From: a virus
DNA: 38,853 bases
Virus genome (UHGV): UHGV-0046264
Strand: one strand, 5' to 3'
Shown: in pieces, positions 28,990 through 38,853 of the stretch
How the letters are laid out: each line of letters begins with the position of its first letter
Position numbering within the stretch: the first letter of the stretch is position 1
Position numbers and translations under genes: made by a program
The notes under the pieces: generated by a model
The model's database searches: none
What the model was told of the DNA's origin: nothing
Seen by the model: the letters and a program-made list of their open reading frames with translations, nothing else

Positions 28990-29754
28990 ATGAAACTGAA
29001 AACGGTCGAGATTAACGGAAAACAATACGCAGAAATTGATACTGCTGGCCTGCCAGTTTATGTGCACGACGATGGTAAAGAAATTGGCTTCGATGCACCG
29101 CTGGCGACAAAAAAAATTACAGAGCTTAATGGCGAGGCAAAAAATCATCGCCTGGCTAAAGAAGCTGCAGAGGAAAAACTGGCTAAGTTTGCCGCTATCG
29201 AAGACCCGAAGAAGGCGATCGAGGCACTGGAAATGCTGTCAAAAATCGACCAGAAAAAGCTGCTCGATGCGGGACAGGTTGACCAGGTTAAGGCAGAAAT
29301 TACGAAAAATTTTCAGCAGCAATTAGATGAAGAAAAGCAACGCTCTCAGATGCTGGAGAAGCAGCTTTACGATTCTATGATTGGCGGTAGTTTTGCGGGT
29401 TCAAAATATATTGCCGATAAAATTGCGATCCCGGCAGATTTATTACAAGCCCGCTTCGGGCAGGCATTCAAAGTGGAAGAAGGGAGGATCGTTGCTTATG
29501 ACGCTTCCGGCAACAAAATTTATTCCCGCGCGAAGCCTGGCGAACTGGCGCAGTTTGATGAGGCGCTGGAGTTCCTTGTCGAAAATTACCCTCAGAAAGA
29601 CTACATCCTGAAAGCCAGTGGCAACAATGGCGGCGGCTCCCGTCCGACACAGCATGATATTGGTCAGAAAACGATGAAACGCTCTGCTTTTGATGCACTG
29701 GATGTTGCAGGTAAGCAAAACGCATTGAAAGACGGTATCACAATCGTTGATTAA
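28990..29754 (+). CDS. Putative scaffolding protein, 254 aa
   Basis: Coiled-coil-prone, charged protein directly upstream of the major capsid gene; start moved to the internal Met because the six-frame ORF begins inside the terminator hairpin. Confidence 0.55.
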   Translation: MKLKTVEINGKQYAEIDTAGLPVYVHDDGKEIGFDAPLATKKITELNGEAKNHRLAKEAAEEKLAKFAAIEDPKKAIEALEMLSKIDQKKLLDAGQVDQVKAEITKNFQQQLDEEKQRSQMLEKQLYDSMIGGSFAGSKYIADKIAIPADLLQARFGQAFKVEEGRIVAYDASGNKIYSRAKPGELAQFDEALEFLVENYPQKDYILKASGNNGGGSRPTQHDIGQKTMKRSAFDALDVAGKQNALKDGITIVD

Positions 29755-29852
29755 CACATTTGTCAGCTTCCGGATGGGAGCTGGTGTCAGGGCTGGATAG
29801 CTCATTACTCCATCTATTCACAATTACGCAAATTTTTAAGGAATATTTAATT

Positions 29853-30992
29853 ATGGCTGGAAATACCCTGACCGGGTTGATCCCGACTATTTATACCGCC
29901 CTGGATGTTGTATCCCGTGAGCAGGTAGGTTTTATCCCTGCGGTAGCAAAAAACGCAAAAGCTGACGCCGCAGCAAAAGATCAGACGGTAACCGCGCCAG
30001 TTGCGCCTGAGGCGAAAACCGAAGATATCGTACCGGGGCCGTCAGCTCCGAATACCGGTGATCAAAATATTGGCACTGTTGATGTAAAAATTACTAAATC
30101 CAAAATGGCACCGGTTAAATGGAATGGTGAAGAACAACTGGCTCTTGGCCCTTCAGGGACTTACAACACCATTCTGGCTGATCAGTTCAAGCAGGCTTTT
30201 CGCGCCCTTGCAAACGAGGTTGAGGCTGATCTTGGTGCGTTGTATTTCGGTGCTTCCCGCGCCGTGGGAACCGCAGGGACAACGCCGTTTGGTGTTAAAG
30301 ATGATCTTTCTGATGCTGCTCTGGCTCGTCAGGTTCTGGAGGATAACGGCGCACCGACAACCGATCTGCAGATGGTGCTTGGCTCCACTGCCATTGCTAA
30401 TTTGCGCGGAAAACAGTCTGTATTGTTTAAAGTGAATGAATCCGGCACTGAACAGCTACTGCGTGAGGGCGTGTTGGGGCGTCTGGAGGGATTCAATATT
30501 CACAGTTCGGCAGGTGTGAAACGAGCGCCAAAGGTTGCTGCAACTGGTTATCTCGTGAATGGAGAGAAAAAAGAAGGCGATGTTCTTATTTCCATTGATA
30601 CTGGTTCGGGGAGTATTTCTGCAGGTCAGATTGTTACGTTCGCTGGTGATCCGAATCAGTATGTTGTGGCAGCAGCGACCAGCAATCTGATTACTCTTGC
30701 AGCGCCCGGACTGCGTCAGGATCTGGCCGATGATACTGCCATCACAGTTGTTGGGGCCTTTACTGCAAATATGGCGTTTGATCGCAACGCGTTTCTGCTG
30801 GCATCCCGTACTCCGGCAATGCCGGAAGGTGGCGATAATGCTGATGATGTAATGAATGTTACGGACCCGATTTCAGGGATTACGTTCCAGATTGCACTGT
30901 ATCGTCAGTATCGCCAGGTGCGCTATGAAGTTGGACTGGCATGGGGTGTTTCATCAGTGAAGCCGGCACATGGTTGTCTGATTCTTGGTTAA
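29853..30992 (+). CDS. Major capsid protein, 379 aa
   Basis: Follows the scaffold gene and precedes a strong terminator; Gly/Ala/Thr-rich composition typical of coat proteins; start at internal Met MAGNTLTG. Confidence 0.7.
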   Translation: MAGNTLTGLIPTIYTALDVVSREQVGFIPAVAKNAKADAAAKDQTVTAPVAPEAKTEDIVPGPSAPNTGDQNIGTVDVKITKSKMAPVKWNGEEQLALGPSGTYNTILADQFKQAFRALANEVEADLGALYFGASRAVGTAGTTPFGVKDDLSDAALARQVLEDNGAPTTDLQMVLGSTAIANLRGKQSVLFKVNESGTEQLLREGVLGRLEGFNIHSSAGVKRAPKVAATGYLVNGEKKEGDVLISIDTGSGSISAGQIVTFAGDPNQYVVAAATSNLITLAAPGLRQDLADDTAITVVGAFTANMAFDRNAFLLASRTPAMPEGGDNADDVMNVTDPISGITFQIALYRQYRQVRYEVGLAWGVSSVKPAHGCLILG

Positions 30993-31002
30993 ACATTCAA
31001 AC

Positions 31003-31022
31003 GGGGCTTCGGCCCCATTTTT
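31003..31022 (+). terminator. Intrinsic terminator after the capsid gene: GGGGC-TTCG-GCCCC followed by ATTTTT
   Basis: 5-bp GC stem with UUCG tetraloop and T-tract 11 bp after the capsid stop. Confidence 0.65.
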
Positions 31023-31034
31023 AATGGGGGGCAT

Positions 31035-31211
31035 ATGGCCGGATTAACTAAAGAGCAAAGAGCACAGCGTGAAGCCGCACAAAAAACGCAAATTGAGTTA
31101 GTGGTTATGGTGACCGATTATCAGATGTTTCCCGGCGCACCAACTATCGCTAATGTTCATCCTGATGAAGTTGACAACTGGAAGGCTATGGGCTGGAAAA
31201 CTCAGGAGTAA
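31035..31211 (+). CDS. Small hypothetical head-region protein, 58 aa (MAGLTKEQRAQREAAQKTQIELVVMVTDYQMFPG...)
   Basis: Hand-translated; AATGGGGGG ribosome binding site; below the ORF-track threshold; fills the gap between the capsid terminator and the next gene. Confidence 0.45.
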   Translation: MAGLTKEQRAQREAAQKTQIELVVMVTDYQMFPGAPTIANVHPDEVDNWKAMGWKTQE

Positions 31212-31214
31212 CAC

Positions 31215-31610
31215 ATGATCACTTACGTGACCTGTGATGACGTTGATAATGCGTTTGGGAACGCCTGGACGAGTGAGAACGCTAAAAATAAAGCTGTTTT
31301 AATGGCTAATGCCTGGCTTAATGGCTTCAACCTGAAAATTAACCCATCCCGTATTCCGGAAGAGGTAAAACTTGCGGGAGCATATGCAGCCAGAATTGCC
31401 TCATTCGGTAAGTTGTTTCAGCAGAAAAATGATTCTGGCGTTGTTATCAGTAAAGCCGTGTCGGCTGACGGGGTCAGTGTATCGAAATCATTTTCTGAGT
31501 TGCCAGCAAACAGCACTGCATTGCTTGAACCCGATTTACAGCTTGCGATAGCACTGCTGAAACAGTACGGACTTAGTCGCTCACAAGTCAGGGTTGTGAG
31601 GGGGGGATAA
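31215..31610 (+). CDS. Putative head-tail connector / head completion protein, 131 aa
   Basis: Position in the head-tail joining block; no family confidently recognised. Confidence 0.45.
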   Translation: MITYVTCDDVDNAFGNAWTSENAKNKAVLMANAWLNGFNLKINPSRIPEEVKLAGAYAARIASFGKLFQQKNDSGVVISKAVSADGVSVSKSFSELPANSTALLEPDLQLAIALLKQYGLSRSQVRVVRGG

Positions 31611-31993
31611 TGGGGCTTCGTGAAGAGATTCAGTCAGAGGTTGCCGCTGCTTTTGATGAGGATTTAGCGGACGCCGTGAGTGATTTTTCTGGTTCTTACG
31701 TTACGCACCGGCACTGGGATCCTGTGACGGAAACTGGCGGCGAATCCACCGCAATCTATACCGGGCGAGGCGTGTTGACACGTTATAAGCTGGGCAGAAT
31801 TGATGGGATTAATATTTTGCATGGTGACCTTAAATTAACCGCTCTGGTATGCGAGGTTACGGATAAACCAGCTGTCGACCATATTATTGAGATTTATGAT
31901 CCTGTATCAAGGCAGTTACAACGATACGAGGTAATTACAGCAAGTGTAGATCCTTCCGCATCAGTTTACTCTATCCAGTTAAGGAGAGCGTAA
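31610..31993 (+). CDS. Putative head-tail adaptor / head closure protein, 127 aa
   Basis: ATGG overlap coupling to the upstream gene; position only. Confidence 0.45.
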   Translation: MGLREEIQSEVAAAFDEDLADAVSDFSGSYVTHRHWDPVTETGGESTAIYTGRGVLTRYKLGRIDGINILHGDLKLTALVCEVTDKPAVDHIIEIYDPVSRQLQRYEVITASVDPSASVYSIQLRRA

Positions 31994-32374
31994 ATGGCAA
32001 AGGCATGGGATATAGAACCGTCAATATTTGCCGGGATGATTGAGGAAGATGTAGGGCTGAAGATTCGCTACATCGCTATTCAGATTCTTACTGCTATTGA
32101 TATTGCTGCTCCGGTTGATACCGGACGTTTCAGAAATAACAACCTGGTGTCGTTACAGCATCCCGATTTTGGTATATCTGATAACGTGGATCCGAACGGT
32201 ACGATTGCTGTTCAGCGTGGGATCGGGGTTATTTCGAAAGCTGCAAATTACGGGGTTATTTATATCCAGAATAACCTTCCTTATGCAGAGGCTCTTGAAA
32301 ACGGTCATTCACAACAAGCGCCAACTGGCGTGTATGCCAACGCTTTTCATGGTGTTTTACAGGCTTACAAATGA
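31994..32374 (+). CDS. HK97 gp10-like tail component protein, 126 aa
   Basis: Contains the DTGRFRNN motif I associate with the HK97 gp10 family; position before the tail tube gene. Confidence 0.5.
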   Translation: MAKAWDIEPSIFAGMIEEDVGLKIRYIAIQILTAIDIAAPVDTGRFRNNNLVSLQHPDFGISDNVDPNGTIAVQRGIGVISKAANYGVIYIQNNLPYAEALENGHSQQAPTGVYANAFHGVLQAYK

Positions 32375-32763
32375 AGTTTACTGAAATCAGAAATACGGTT
32401 ATTTCCAGAATGACGGCACAGACGATTATTGATGGAAAAGACGTATTGTATCCGAACGGGCCAACGTTCGATCCTTCCGGTAAGTTAATCTGGGCGCGGT
32501 TAAGTAATATTCCCGGGCAAGCTGGAGTTAATGAAATTGGCGCGGGGCCGGTTGTTTATCGCACGGGGATAATCATTATTCAGTTATTTGTCCCCGCAGG
32601 TTCTGGTTCAAAACTCATTACTGAGACAGCCGATAAATTGCGGGAACTGTTTGAGTTTCAGGATGACGATCGTCTCAGTTACCAGGCTGTTTCCTCAATA
32701 GCCGTCGGCGAAAAGAATGGCTGGTTCCAGCTTAATCTTCAAATTCCATATCGCGCGCTCTAG
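32371..32763 (+). CDS. Putative tail terminator / tail completion protein, 130 aa
   Basis: ATGA overlap with the upstream gene; position directly before the major tail protein. Confidence 0.45.
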   Translation: MKFTEIRNTVISRMTAQTIIDGKDVLYPNGPTFDPSGKLIWARLSNIPGQAGVNEIGAGPVVYRTGIIIIQLFVPAGSGSKLITETADKLRELFEFQDDDRLSYQAVSSIAVGEKNGWFQLNLQIPYRAL

Positions 32764-32789
32764 CGCAATTAATGACATAGGAGGCTCCT

Positions 32790-33752
32790 GTGAGTTCAGG
32801 TGCAAAGGTTATCTCGGCATTTATCCGGGAGACAGTTGCAGGCACTACGCCAGCAAGTGGTGACTGGAGTTTATTAAAACGCACAAGCTGGGGAGTAAAA
32901 CCCACCCAGAATAAAGGCGAAAATAATGAGATTGGTGGCTCCCGGATGGCTCAGGGGGCGACGCCTGGCACTGTGGATGTCGGCGGTGATGTTGGTACCA
33001 AATTTCGCTGGGGTCAACATGATGATTTTCTTGCATCCTGTTTCGGCGCGGAATGGTCAGGCGATTCTCTGACAATGGGGAATGAGCGAATAACATTTTC
33101 TCTGGCGACCTATGCGTCCGATGTCGGAATTGCCTCTGTCGTCAGAGGAGCGCAGGTTGGCTCATGGAAAATGCAGATCCCTAACGACGGCGATATTACA
33201 GCGACCGTAACCTTTGCCGGGCTGGGCTGGGAATCAAAGGCCGATGATACGAATTTTATCAAAGGCGAACCTGTGGATAGTGCAGGAAAGTTACGCTATT
33301 CGTTTAAGGCGGTTTCAGCAGTAAGCCTGAATGGTGTTGCCGGAGGTAACGGTTTTTGTATCGACAGTTTTGATATTCAGTTCGATAACAAACTCCAGAC
33401 ACAGCGTTGTATCGGGACTGGCTCGCCTTATGCAGGAGCAAATATTCCGACTACTTTTACACCGTCCGGTACGGTGACGCTTTCATGGTCTAAAGCCGCG
33501 TGGGAAATCTGGAGTAAAACACTGACTGGAGAAACAGTTCCGTTCAGCTTCACGCTTTCGAATGGAGAGGGGGCATACACTTTCAGTTTCCCGAAGGTTC
33601 AGGTGTCAGGTGAATGGCCTGATGGGGGTAATACTGACATTATCCAGGTTCAATTGAGCATTACCGCAGCAGATGAAGCACCTACGATAACCAGAAAAAA
33701 ATGCTCCCCGACTGCCGTGATCGCAAAAGCCAGTGCTGATGCGATTAGTTGA
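32790..33752 (+). CDS. Major tail (tube) protein, 320 aa
   Basis: Position upstream of the chaperone pair and tape measure; Gly/Ser/Thr-rich; AGGAGG ribosome binding site. Confidence 0.65.
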   Translation: MSSGAKVISAFIRETVAGTTPASGDWSLLKRTSWGVKPTQNKGENNEIGGSRMAQGATPGTVDVGGDVGTKFRWGQHDDFLASCFGAEWSGDSLTMGNERITFSLATYASDVGIASVVRGAQVGSWKMQIPNDGDITATVTFAGLGWESKADDTNFIKGEPVDSAGKLRYSFKAVSAVSLNGVAGGNGFCIDSFDIQFDNKLQTQRCIGTGSPYAGANIPTTFTPSGTVTLSWSKAAWEIWSKTLTGETVPFSFTLSNGEGAYTFSFPKVQVSGEWPDGGNTDIIQVQLSITAADEAPTITRKKCSPTAVIAKASADAIS

Positions 33753-33800
33753 TTTTCCGTTATTCCCCCTGTGGTACTGCACTACAGGGGGACGCATTGA

Positions 33801-34262
33801 ATGAGGTTATGGATGTTTATTCTTAATCAGAAAATTATCATCGGTGGAGAACGCTGGTTTACGCCAATGAAGGACTTAAAACCTATAGACGGGTTAAAAC
33901 TGTTGGTGGCAAGCAGCGATAACGATCAGTATCGCTCCCGTAATGCATTAATCCGTCGTCACATTGAGAAAATGGATGCCAGTTTGCACGTCGGAACGAA
34001 GGAGTTTGATATTTCAAAGGTTTCCGAGGTAGATTCTGTTGATGATTTACTCATTGATAATGCTGCTCGTTATCTGCTGAAAGACTGGAAAGGGGTTGGT
34101 GAACTGGTTAATGGTGCTGAGGTTGCACTGGAATATACGCCAGAACGAGGGATCGCGCTGCTTAAGCAGAATCCAGAGTTGTACTGGCAGATCCTTGCAG
34201 AAGCAGCCAGCATCGCCCAGGGTAAAGAGCAGCAGAAGCAGGATACGATAAAAAAGCCATAG
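33801..34262 (+). CDS. Tail assembly chaperone (lambda G-like), 153 aa (start uncertain)
   Basis: Acidic protein directly upstream of the tape measure gene; ends 2 codons after an A_AAA_AAG slippery heptamer. Confidence 0.65.
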   Translation: MRLWMFILNQKIIIGGERWFTPMKDLKPIDGLKLLVASSDNDQYRSRNALIRRHIEKMDASLHVGTKEFDISKVSEVDSVDDLLIDNAARYLLKDWKGVGELVNGAEVALEYTPERGIALLKQNPELYWQILAEAASIAQGKEQQKQDTIKKP

Positions 34263-34570
34263 CCGCCCAGCGGTGGTTATCGGAGTTCGGGGGAGAAAGG
34301 GGGGAAAAGGCAAGATGGAAGCGAGAAAAACTCAGGTTGCCACCGATACCGGAACCAGAAATAGACCCGGTGCTAAAGGAATTGTTGTACGCCTATTCGG
34401 TAATATCCCGTGCCCGACGTTATGCTGGAATGACCGGGGTGCCTTTGCCTTTATCTCTGACAGAGATAAATGAATATTTAGCCACTCATCCGGTATTGAT
34501 TGAGCGCGATGAGTTTGAAGCAGTGATCTTTGCACTGGATGACCAGTATTTTCAGGAGCAGTGTGTGTAG
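33801..34570 (+). CDS. Tail assembly chaperone G-T-like fusion produced by -1 frameshift at 34250-34256
   Basis: The ORF at 34337-34570 is in the -1 frame relative to the chaperone and has no convincing start of its own; this arrangement is conserved upstream of tape measure genes. Confidence 0.55.
34250..34256 (+). other. Programmed -1 ribosomal frameshift slippery heptamer A_AAA_AAG
   Basis: Heptamer in the zero frame of the chaperone gene; the -1 frame stays open from here to 34570. Confidence 0.65.
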
Positions 34571-34690
34571 TTGTTAATTACGTACACTCTGTTACAGAGA
34601 TGTGATGGTGTCTTTAATTAAATCGATGATGCTCCTGGAGAAAAGCATTGCGTGGCCTCGTAATCGCTATATCTACTATTATGTCGCCTG

Positions 34691-34715
34691 AAACCCACTT
34701 CGGTGGGCTTTTTGT
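34691..34715 (+). terminator. Terminator-like hairpin with UUCG tetraloop: CCCAC-TTCG-GTGGG followed by CTTTTTGTTG
   Basis: GC stem plus T-tract 20 bp upstream of the tape measure start. Confidence 0.5.
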
Positions 34716-34733
34716 TGTCTGGAGTTTTAATAA

Positions 34734-37700
34734 ATGGCAGAGCAAACCTCGCGTCTCGCAATAATTATTGATAGCACTGGAGCAAAAAATAATGCTGACA
34801 ATCTGACCTCCTCATTAGTCAAAATGACGCAGGCCGGGGAAACTGCTGCAAATAGCGCAGGGAAAGTGACTAAGGCAACAGAAGATGAGAAGAACGCGCT
34901 CGCAAAATTAAAAGCAGCTATTGATCCAGTTGGTGCCGCAATTGATACTGTCGGTCGACGCTATTCTGAATTAAAGAAATTTTTCGATAAAGGGCTTATT
35001 GATAAAGAAGAATATGAATTTCTTGTCCGTAAACTTAATGAAACCACAGAGGAATTGAGCGGGGTTGCGCAAGCGCAGAGAGAAGCCGAGAAGGCCGGAA
35101 AACTTGCTGCCGCCCAGCAGGAAGCGCAGACTCAGGCCTTTCAAAGAATGCTGGACAAGATCGACCCTCTGGCTGCGGCGCTAAGAAATCTTGAACAACA
35201 GCAGGATGAACTTAATGCTGCGTTTGCATCCGGGAAAATAAATGGTTCTCAGTTTGAGAATTATAGCCGAAAAATACAGGAAACACGGCGAGAGCTTACC
35301 GGAGAGGCTCAGGCAGAGCGAGAAGCAGCAAAAGCGCATGATGAACAGGTTGCTGCTTTGCAACGTCTGATTGCTCAACTTGACCCTGTCGGAACTGCTT
35401 TTAATCGTCTGGTAGAACAACAGAAACAGCTCAATGAAGCAAAAGCTAAGGGGATGCTCTCTCCTGAAATGTATGAGGAACTTTCTGGAAAACTTCGTGC
35501 TATGCGGAGTGAGCTTGAGGTTACTCAATCTCAATTAAGCAAAACCGGAATGTCGGCAAAACAAACGGCTTTTGCTATGCGCATGTTGCCTGCACAAATG
35601 ACGGATATTGTTGTTGGGTTGTCCACTGGTCAGTCGCCTTTTATGGTGTTAATGCAGCAGGGCGGCCAGCTAAAAGATATGTTCGGTGGGATTGGCCCGG
35701 CGATCAAAGGTGTTGGTTCTTATGTGCTGGGATTAATTAATCCTTTTACCCTGGCCGCAGCAGCCGTTGGCGTCTTAGGGCTGGCTTACTATAAAGGCTC
35801 TCAGGAGCAGGACGAATTTAATAAGTCTCTTATTCTTACCGGAAATCAGTTGGGGACAACCAGCGGGCAATTGGCCGATATAGTTCAACGTGCCGGGAAT
35901 GCGGCTGATTCGACAACTGGCGCTGCGGCGGCAGTATTAAACCAGCTTGTGCGTTCGGGAAAGGTAGCGAGCAGTTCGCTGGAGCAAGTGACGACAGCGA
36001 TAGTAAAAACGAGCGAAGTAACAGGAATATCAACCGAACAACTGGTTAATGACTTCAATGAAATTGCAAAGGATCCTGTCAGTGCCATATCAAAACTTAA
36101 TGATCAGTACCATTTTCTGACAATTGCGACTTATAACCAGATTAAGGCGCTACAGGATGAAGGGAACCAGCAGGAGGCCGCCCGCATTGCGACAGAAGCA
36201 TACTCATCCTCAATGATCCAGCGCACCAACCAGATTAAAGAAAATCTTGGTTATCTTGAGACTGCATGGAAAGCTGTCGCAGACTCCGCAAAATGGGCAT
36301 GGGATTCCATGCTGGATATTGGCCGTGAGGCCTCCCTTGATCAAAAAATCTCAGATGTTCTCCGTCAAATTGATGAAATAGAAAAAAATACCCGACCCGG
36401 AGTTTTCGGGTTAGGTGGCATTGGAGATGGCGGAGCTCAAAATAAAAGGCTGGCACGATTAAAGCAGCAATTGGGCGTACTTCAAGCAGAAAAAATTGCT
36501 CAGGACGTACTAAATTCATCAATAAATGATTACAACAAGCGACAACAGGAAGGAATTGAACTCAGACAGAGAGCAGATGCCTTTTCAAAACAATATCAGA
36601 CCCGGGAGCAGCAGAGAGCTAGTGAACTTGCAAAACTGGAAAAACTAAAGAGTCAGTATTCAAAGGAAGAATATAATAATCTTATCGCTCAAATAAATGA
36701 GCGTTATAAAGATCCAAAGCAACCAAAGGCGAAAGGTTATTCGGATGATGCTGCCCAACGAATGATTGATCATCTGAATCAACAGAATGCGTTACTAAGT
36801 TCACAAACTGAATTAACCGTTAAATTAAGTTCCTCTGAACAGGAACTGGTTAAGTGGCGTCAGCAGATTGCCGACCTGGAGTCACGACCGTCATCGAAAT
36901 TAACCAAGGATCAGAAATCGCTTCTCTTACACCGGGAAGAAATAACCGCGTTGATGGAGAAAAATGTTGCGATTGAAAAAAATAACAGGCTAATCAAGGA
37001 ATCCGCCGAAATAGCTGCATGGCGTGATTCATTGCAGGCTTCGATTGATAATCGTCAACAGGGGTATGATATTCAGATTGCTGGTTATGGGGTTGGCGAT
37101 AAAAATCAGCAACGCCAGCAGGAATTACTGCGGATTGAACGTGAATATAACAATCAGCGTCTGCAACTTGAACGTGACTATGCAGATAAATCCCGTGGGA
37201 TGTCAAATCATGTTTTTCAGGAGAAAATGCAGGCTCTGAATGATGCTCTGGAACGAGAAAAAGAAATTGTCAGACAGAAAAACGAGCAGCTCGATATTCA
37301 GGCAGGAGACTGGGTTAGTGGTGCCTCCCAGGGATTCAATAACTGGCTGGATGACACTAAGGATATCAGTGAGCAGATAAAATCAACCACGACTCAGATG
37401 TTTGATGGAATGACCGATGCGCTGGGTGATTTTGTCACGACAGGCAAAGCAAATTTTCGTTCTTTCGCTACTTCCGTGATTTCGGATCTTAGTCGAATAG
37501 CATTAAAGGCTTCAATTACTGGGATTTTCGACAGCATTAGTAACAGTTCTTCTGGGGGGATTTTAGGAACTATCGGGAGTGCTATTAGTAAATTTATTCC
37601 GAATGCAAAGGGCGGTGTTTATGAGTCTCCGTCATTGAACACGTATTCGAACGGTATTTATGATTCCCCGCAATTTTTTGCTTTTGCAAGAGGGGCTGGT

Positions 37701-37967
37701 GTTTTTGGTGAGGCTGGTCCGGAAGCCATTATGCCATTAACACGAACTTCCGATGGTTCTCTTGGTGTCAGAGCTGTTAATAGTAAAAGTGGTAATGGAG
37801 GCGGAGATATTACCTATGCCCCTGTATACCAAATCACTATTCAAAATGACGGCCAGAATGGAGAGATTGGCCCTCAGGCAATAAAAGCACTTATGGGGAT
37901 GGTTGATCAGCGGGTGCAGGGCAATCTGTTAAATATGCGACGTGATGGGGGAATGTTAAGTGGCTAA
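34734..37967 (+). CDS. Tail tape measure protein, 1077 aa
   Basis: Very long coiled-coil-rich ORF with three ~70-aa tandem repeats near the N-terminus, central hydrophobic segments, and a lambda H-like C-terminal region; follows the chaperone pair. Confidence 0.9.
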   Translation: MAEQTSRLAIIIDSTGAKNNADNLTSSLVKMTQAGETAANSAGKVTKATEDEKNALAKLKAAIDPVGAAIDTVGRRYSELKKFFDKGLIDKEEYEFLVRKLNETTEELSGVAQAQREAEKAGKLAAAQQEAQTQAFQRMLDKIDPLAAALRNLEQQQDELNAAFASGKINGSQFENYSRKIQETRRELTGEAQAEREAAKAHDEQVAALQRLIAQLDPVGTAFNRLVEQQKQLNEAKAKGMLSPEMYEELSGKLRAMRSELEVTQSQLSKTGMSAKQTAFAMRMLPAQMTDIVVGLSTGQSPFMVLMQQGGQLKDMFGGIGPAIKGVGSYVLGLINPFTLAAAAVGVLGLAYYKGSQEQDEFNKSLILTGNQLGTTSGQLADIVQRAGNAADSTTGAAAAVLNQLVRSGKVASSSLEQVTTAIVKTSEVTGISTEQLVNDFNEIAKDPVSAISKLNDQYHFLTIATYNQIKALQDEGNQQEAARIATEAYSSSMIQRTNQIKENLGYLETAWKAVADSAKWAWDSMLDIGREASLDQKISDVLRQIDEIEKNTRPGVFGLGGIGDGGAQNKRLARLKQQLGVLQAEKIAQDVLNSSINDYNKRQQEGIELRQRADAFSKQYQTREQQRASELAKLEKLKSQYSKEEYNNLIAQINERYKDPKQPKAKGYSDDAAQRMIDHLNQQNALLSSQTELTVKLSSSEQELVKWRQQIADLESRPSSKLTKDQKSLLLHREEITALMEKNVAIEKNNRLIKESAEIAAWRDSLQASIDNRQQGYDIQIAGYGVGDKNQQRQQELLRIEREYNNQRLQLERDYADKSRGMSNHVFQEKMQALNDALEREKEIVRQKNEQLDIQAGDWVSGASQGFNNWLDDTKDISEQIKSTTTQMFDGMTDALGDFVTTGKANFRSFATSVISDLSRIALKASITGIFDSISNSSSGGILGTIGSAISKFIPNAKGGVYESPSLNTYSNGIYDSPQFFAFARGAGVFGEAGPEAIMPLTRTSDGSLGVRAVNSKSGNGGGDITYAPVYQITIQNDGQNGEIGPQAIKALMGMVDQRVQGNLLNMRRDGGMLSG

Positions 37968-38298
37968 TACGGAAGAATTTCACTGGTTACCAGAGGATGG
38001 AATGAAAACAGAAAATAAACCATCGATAAAAACTGTAAGATTTGGCGATGGTTATGAGCAACGAAGTCCAAATGGACTTAATCATTCTCTGCGCGTTTTC
38101 ACCTGTGATTTCAAAGTTGAGGCGAATGAACGTGATTCATTTGAAAAATTTTTAGCCCGGCATGAAGGCTATAAATCTTTTTTTTGGCGCCCGCCGGGTA
38201 TTAACAGAAAAATCAGAGTGGTGTGTCGAACGTGGTCAGCGACAGAACATATCACCTATACCGATTTTTCGTGTCAGTTTGACGAAGTGGTGATCTGA
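37960..38298 (+). CDS. Minor tail protein, lambda M homologue, 112 aa
   Basis: [16 protein letters not shown]...[19 protein letters not shown] matches the lambda M pattern; overlaps the tape measure 3' end. Confidence 0.85.
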   Translation: MANTEEFHWLPEDGMKTENKPSIKTVRFGDGYEQRSPNGLNHSLRVFTCDFKVEANERDSFEKFLARHEGYKSFFWRPPGINRKIRVVCRTWSATEHITYTDFSCQFDEVVI

Positions 38299-38853
38299 TG
38301 CAGGACATACAACAGGAAACGCTGAATGAATGCATTCGTGCGGAGCAGTCGGCCAGCGTGGTGCTCTGGGAAATCGACCTGACCGAGGTAGGCAGGGATC
38401 GCTACTTTTTCTGTAATGAGCAGAACGAAAAAGGTGANNNNNNNNNNTTTTCTGTAATGAGCAGAACGAAAAAGGTGAGTCTGTCACCTGGCAGAGTCGG
38501 CAGTATCAGGCCTATCCCATTCAGGGGAGTGGATTTGAGATGAACGGCAAGGGCAGTGCTGCCCGTCCGACACTGGCGGTCTCTAACCTGCACGGCATGA
38601 TCACCGGGATGGCGGAAGATCTGCAGAGTCTGGTCGGCGGAACGGTGGTCCGGCGTAAGGTTTACGCCCGCTTTCTGGATGCGGTGAACTTCGTCAACGG
38701 AAACAGCGATGCCGATCCGGAGCAGGAGGTGATCAGCCGCTGGCGCATCGAGCAGTGCAGCGAACTGAGCGCGGTCAGTGCCTCTTTTGTACTGTCCACG
38801 CCGACTGAAACGGATGGCGCTGTTTTTCCGGGACGTATCATGCTGGCCAACAC
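38298..38853 (+). CDS. Minor tail protein, lambda L homologue (partial; runs off the window; interrupted in silico by an N-gap with duplicated flanks)
   Basis: [32 protein letters not shown]...; after the gap the downstream frame reads ...GMITGMAEDLQSLVGGTVVRRKVYARFLDAVNFVNGNSDADPEQEVISRWRIEQCSELSAVSASFVLSTPTETDGAVFPGRIMLAN, as I recall lambda L. Confidence 0.8.
38438..38447. other. Assembly gap (N10) flanked by a 31-nt direct duplication
   Basis: TTTTCTGTAATGAGCAGAACGAAAAAGGTGA occurs on both sides of the N run (38407-38437 and 38448-38478). Confidence 0.9.

Noticed and set aside
33765-33791. 8-bp stem hairpin (CCCCCTGT...ACAGGGGG) between the major tail and chaperone genes as a terminator
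   Set aside because: No U-tract follows on either strand, so it is not a canonical intrinsic terminator; it may be an RNA processing or stability element but the evidence is too weak to annotate.

Overview
This window is the left arm of a Rac-type lambdoid prophage of E. coli/Shigella, running from the integrase to the start of the tail genes. The calls rest on my reading of the translated ORFs against remembered protein families; no database search was possible, so family names are recollection plus sequence motifs. Order: integrase/excisionase (minus strand); ydaC-ralR-recT-recE-racC-ydaE-kilR; sieB, ydaF, ydaG; immunity region racR / Cro-like / ydaT with shared ATGTACT operator-like motifs; replication genes ydaU, ydaV, ydaW-like. 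Then an accessory island: two unknown ORFs plus a translationally coupled 27-aa hydrophobic peptide, a complete IS5 with CTAA target duplications, a KilA-N protein, a hok-like type I toxin ORF, a YeaR-like protein and an ~840 bp AT-rich ORF-free stretch. Then a nin-like block (DUF1367, DUF1364, Q-like) and tR'-like terminator, an AT-rich membrane-protein moron between Q and lysis, holin-endolysin-Rz/Rz1, the trkG moron with its own terminator, a ParB-like nuclease plus DxD-motif protein module, and terS, terL, portal, head, capsid, tail, tape measure, M and partial L. Unlike K-12 Rac, the late region appears intact. No tRNA, rRNA or CRISPR array was seen. The best candidates for an undescribed system are the Q-lysis moron pair, the 167-aa/27-aa coupled pair, the KilA-N/hok island and the ParB-like module. 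An N10 gap with duplicated flanks interrupts L and looks like an assembly artefact.
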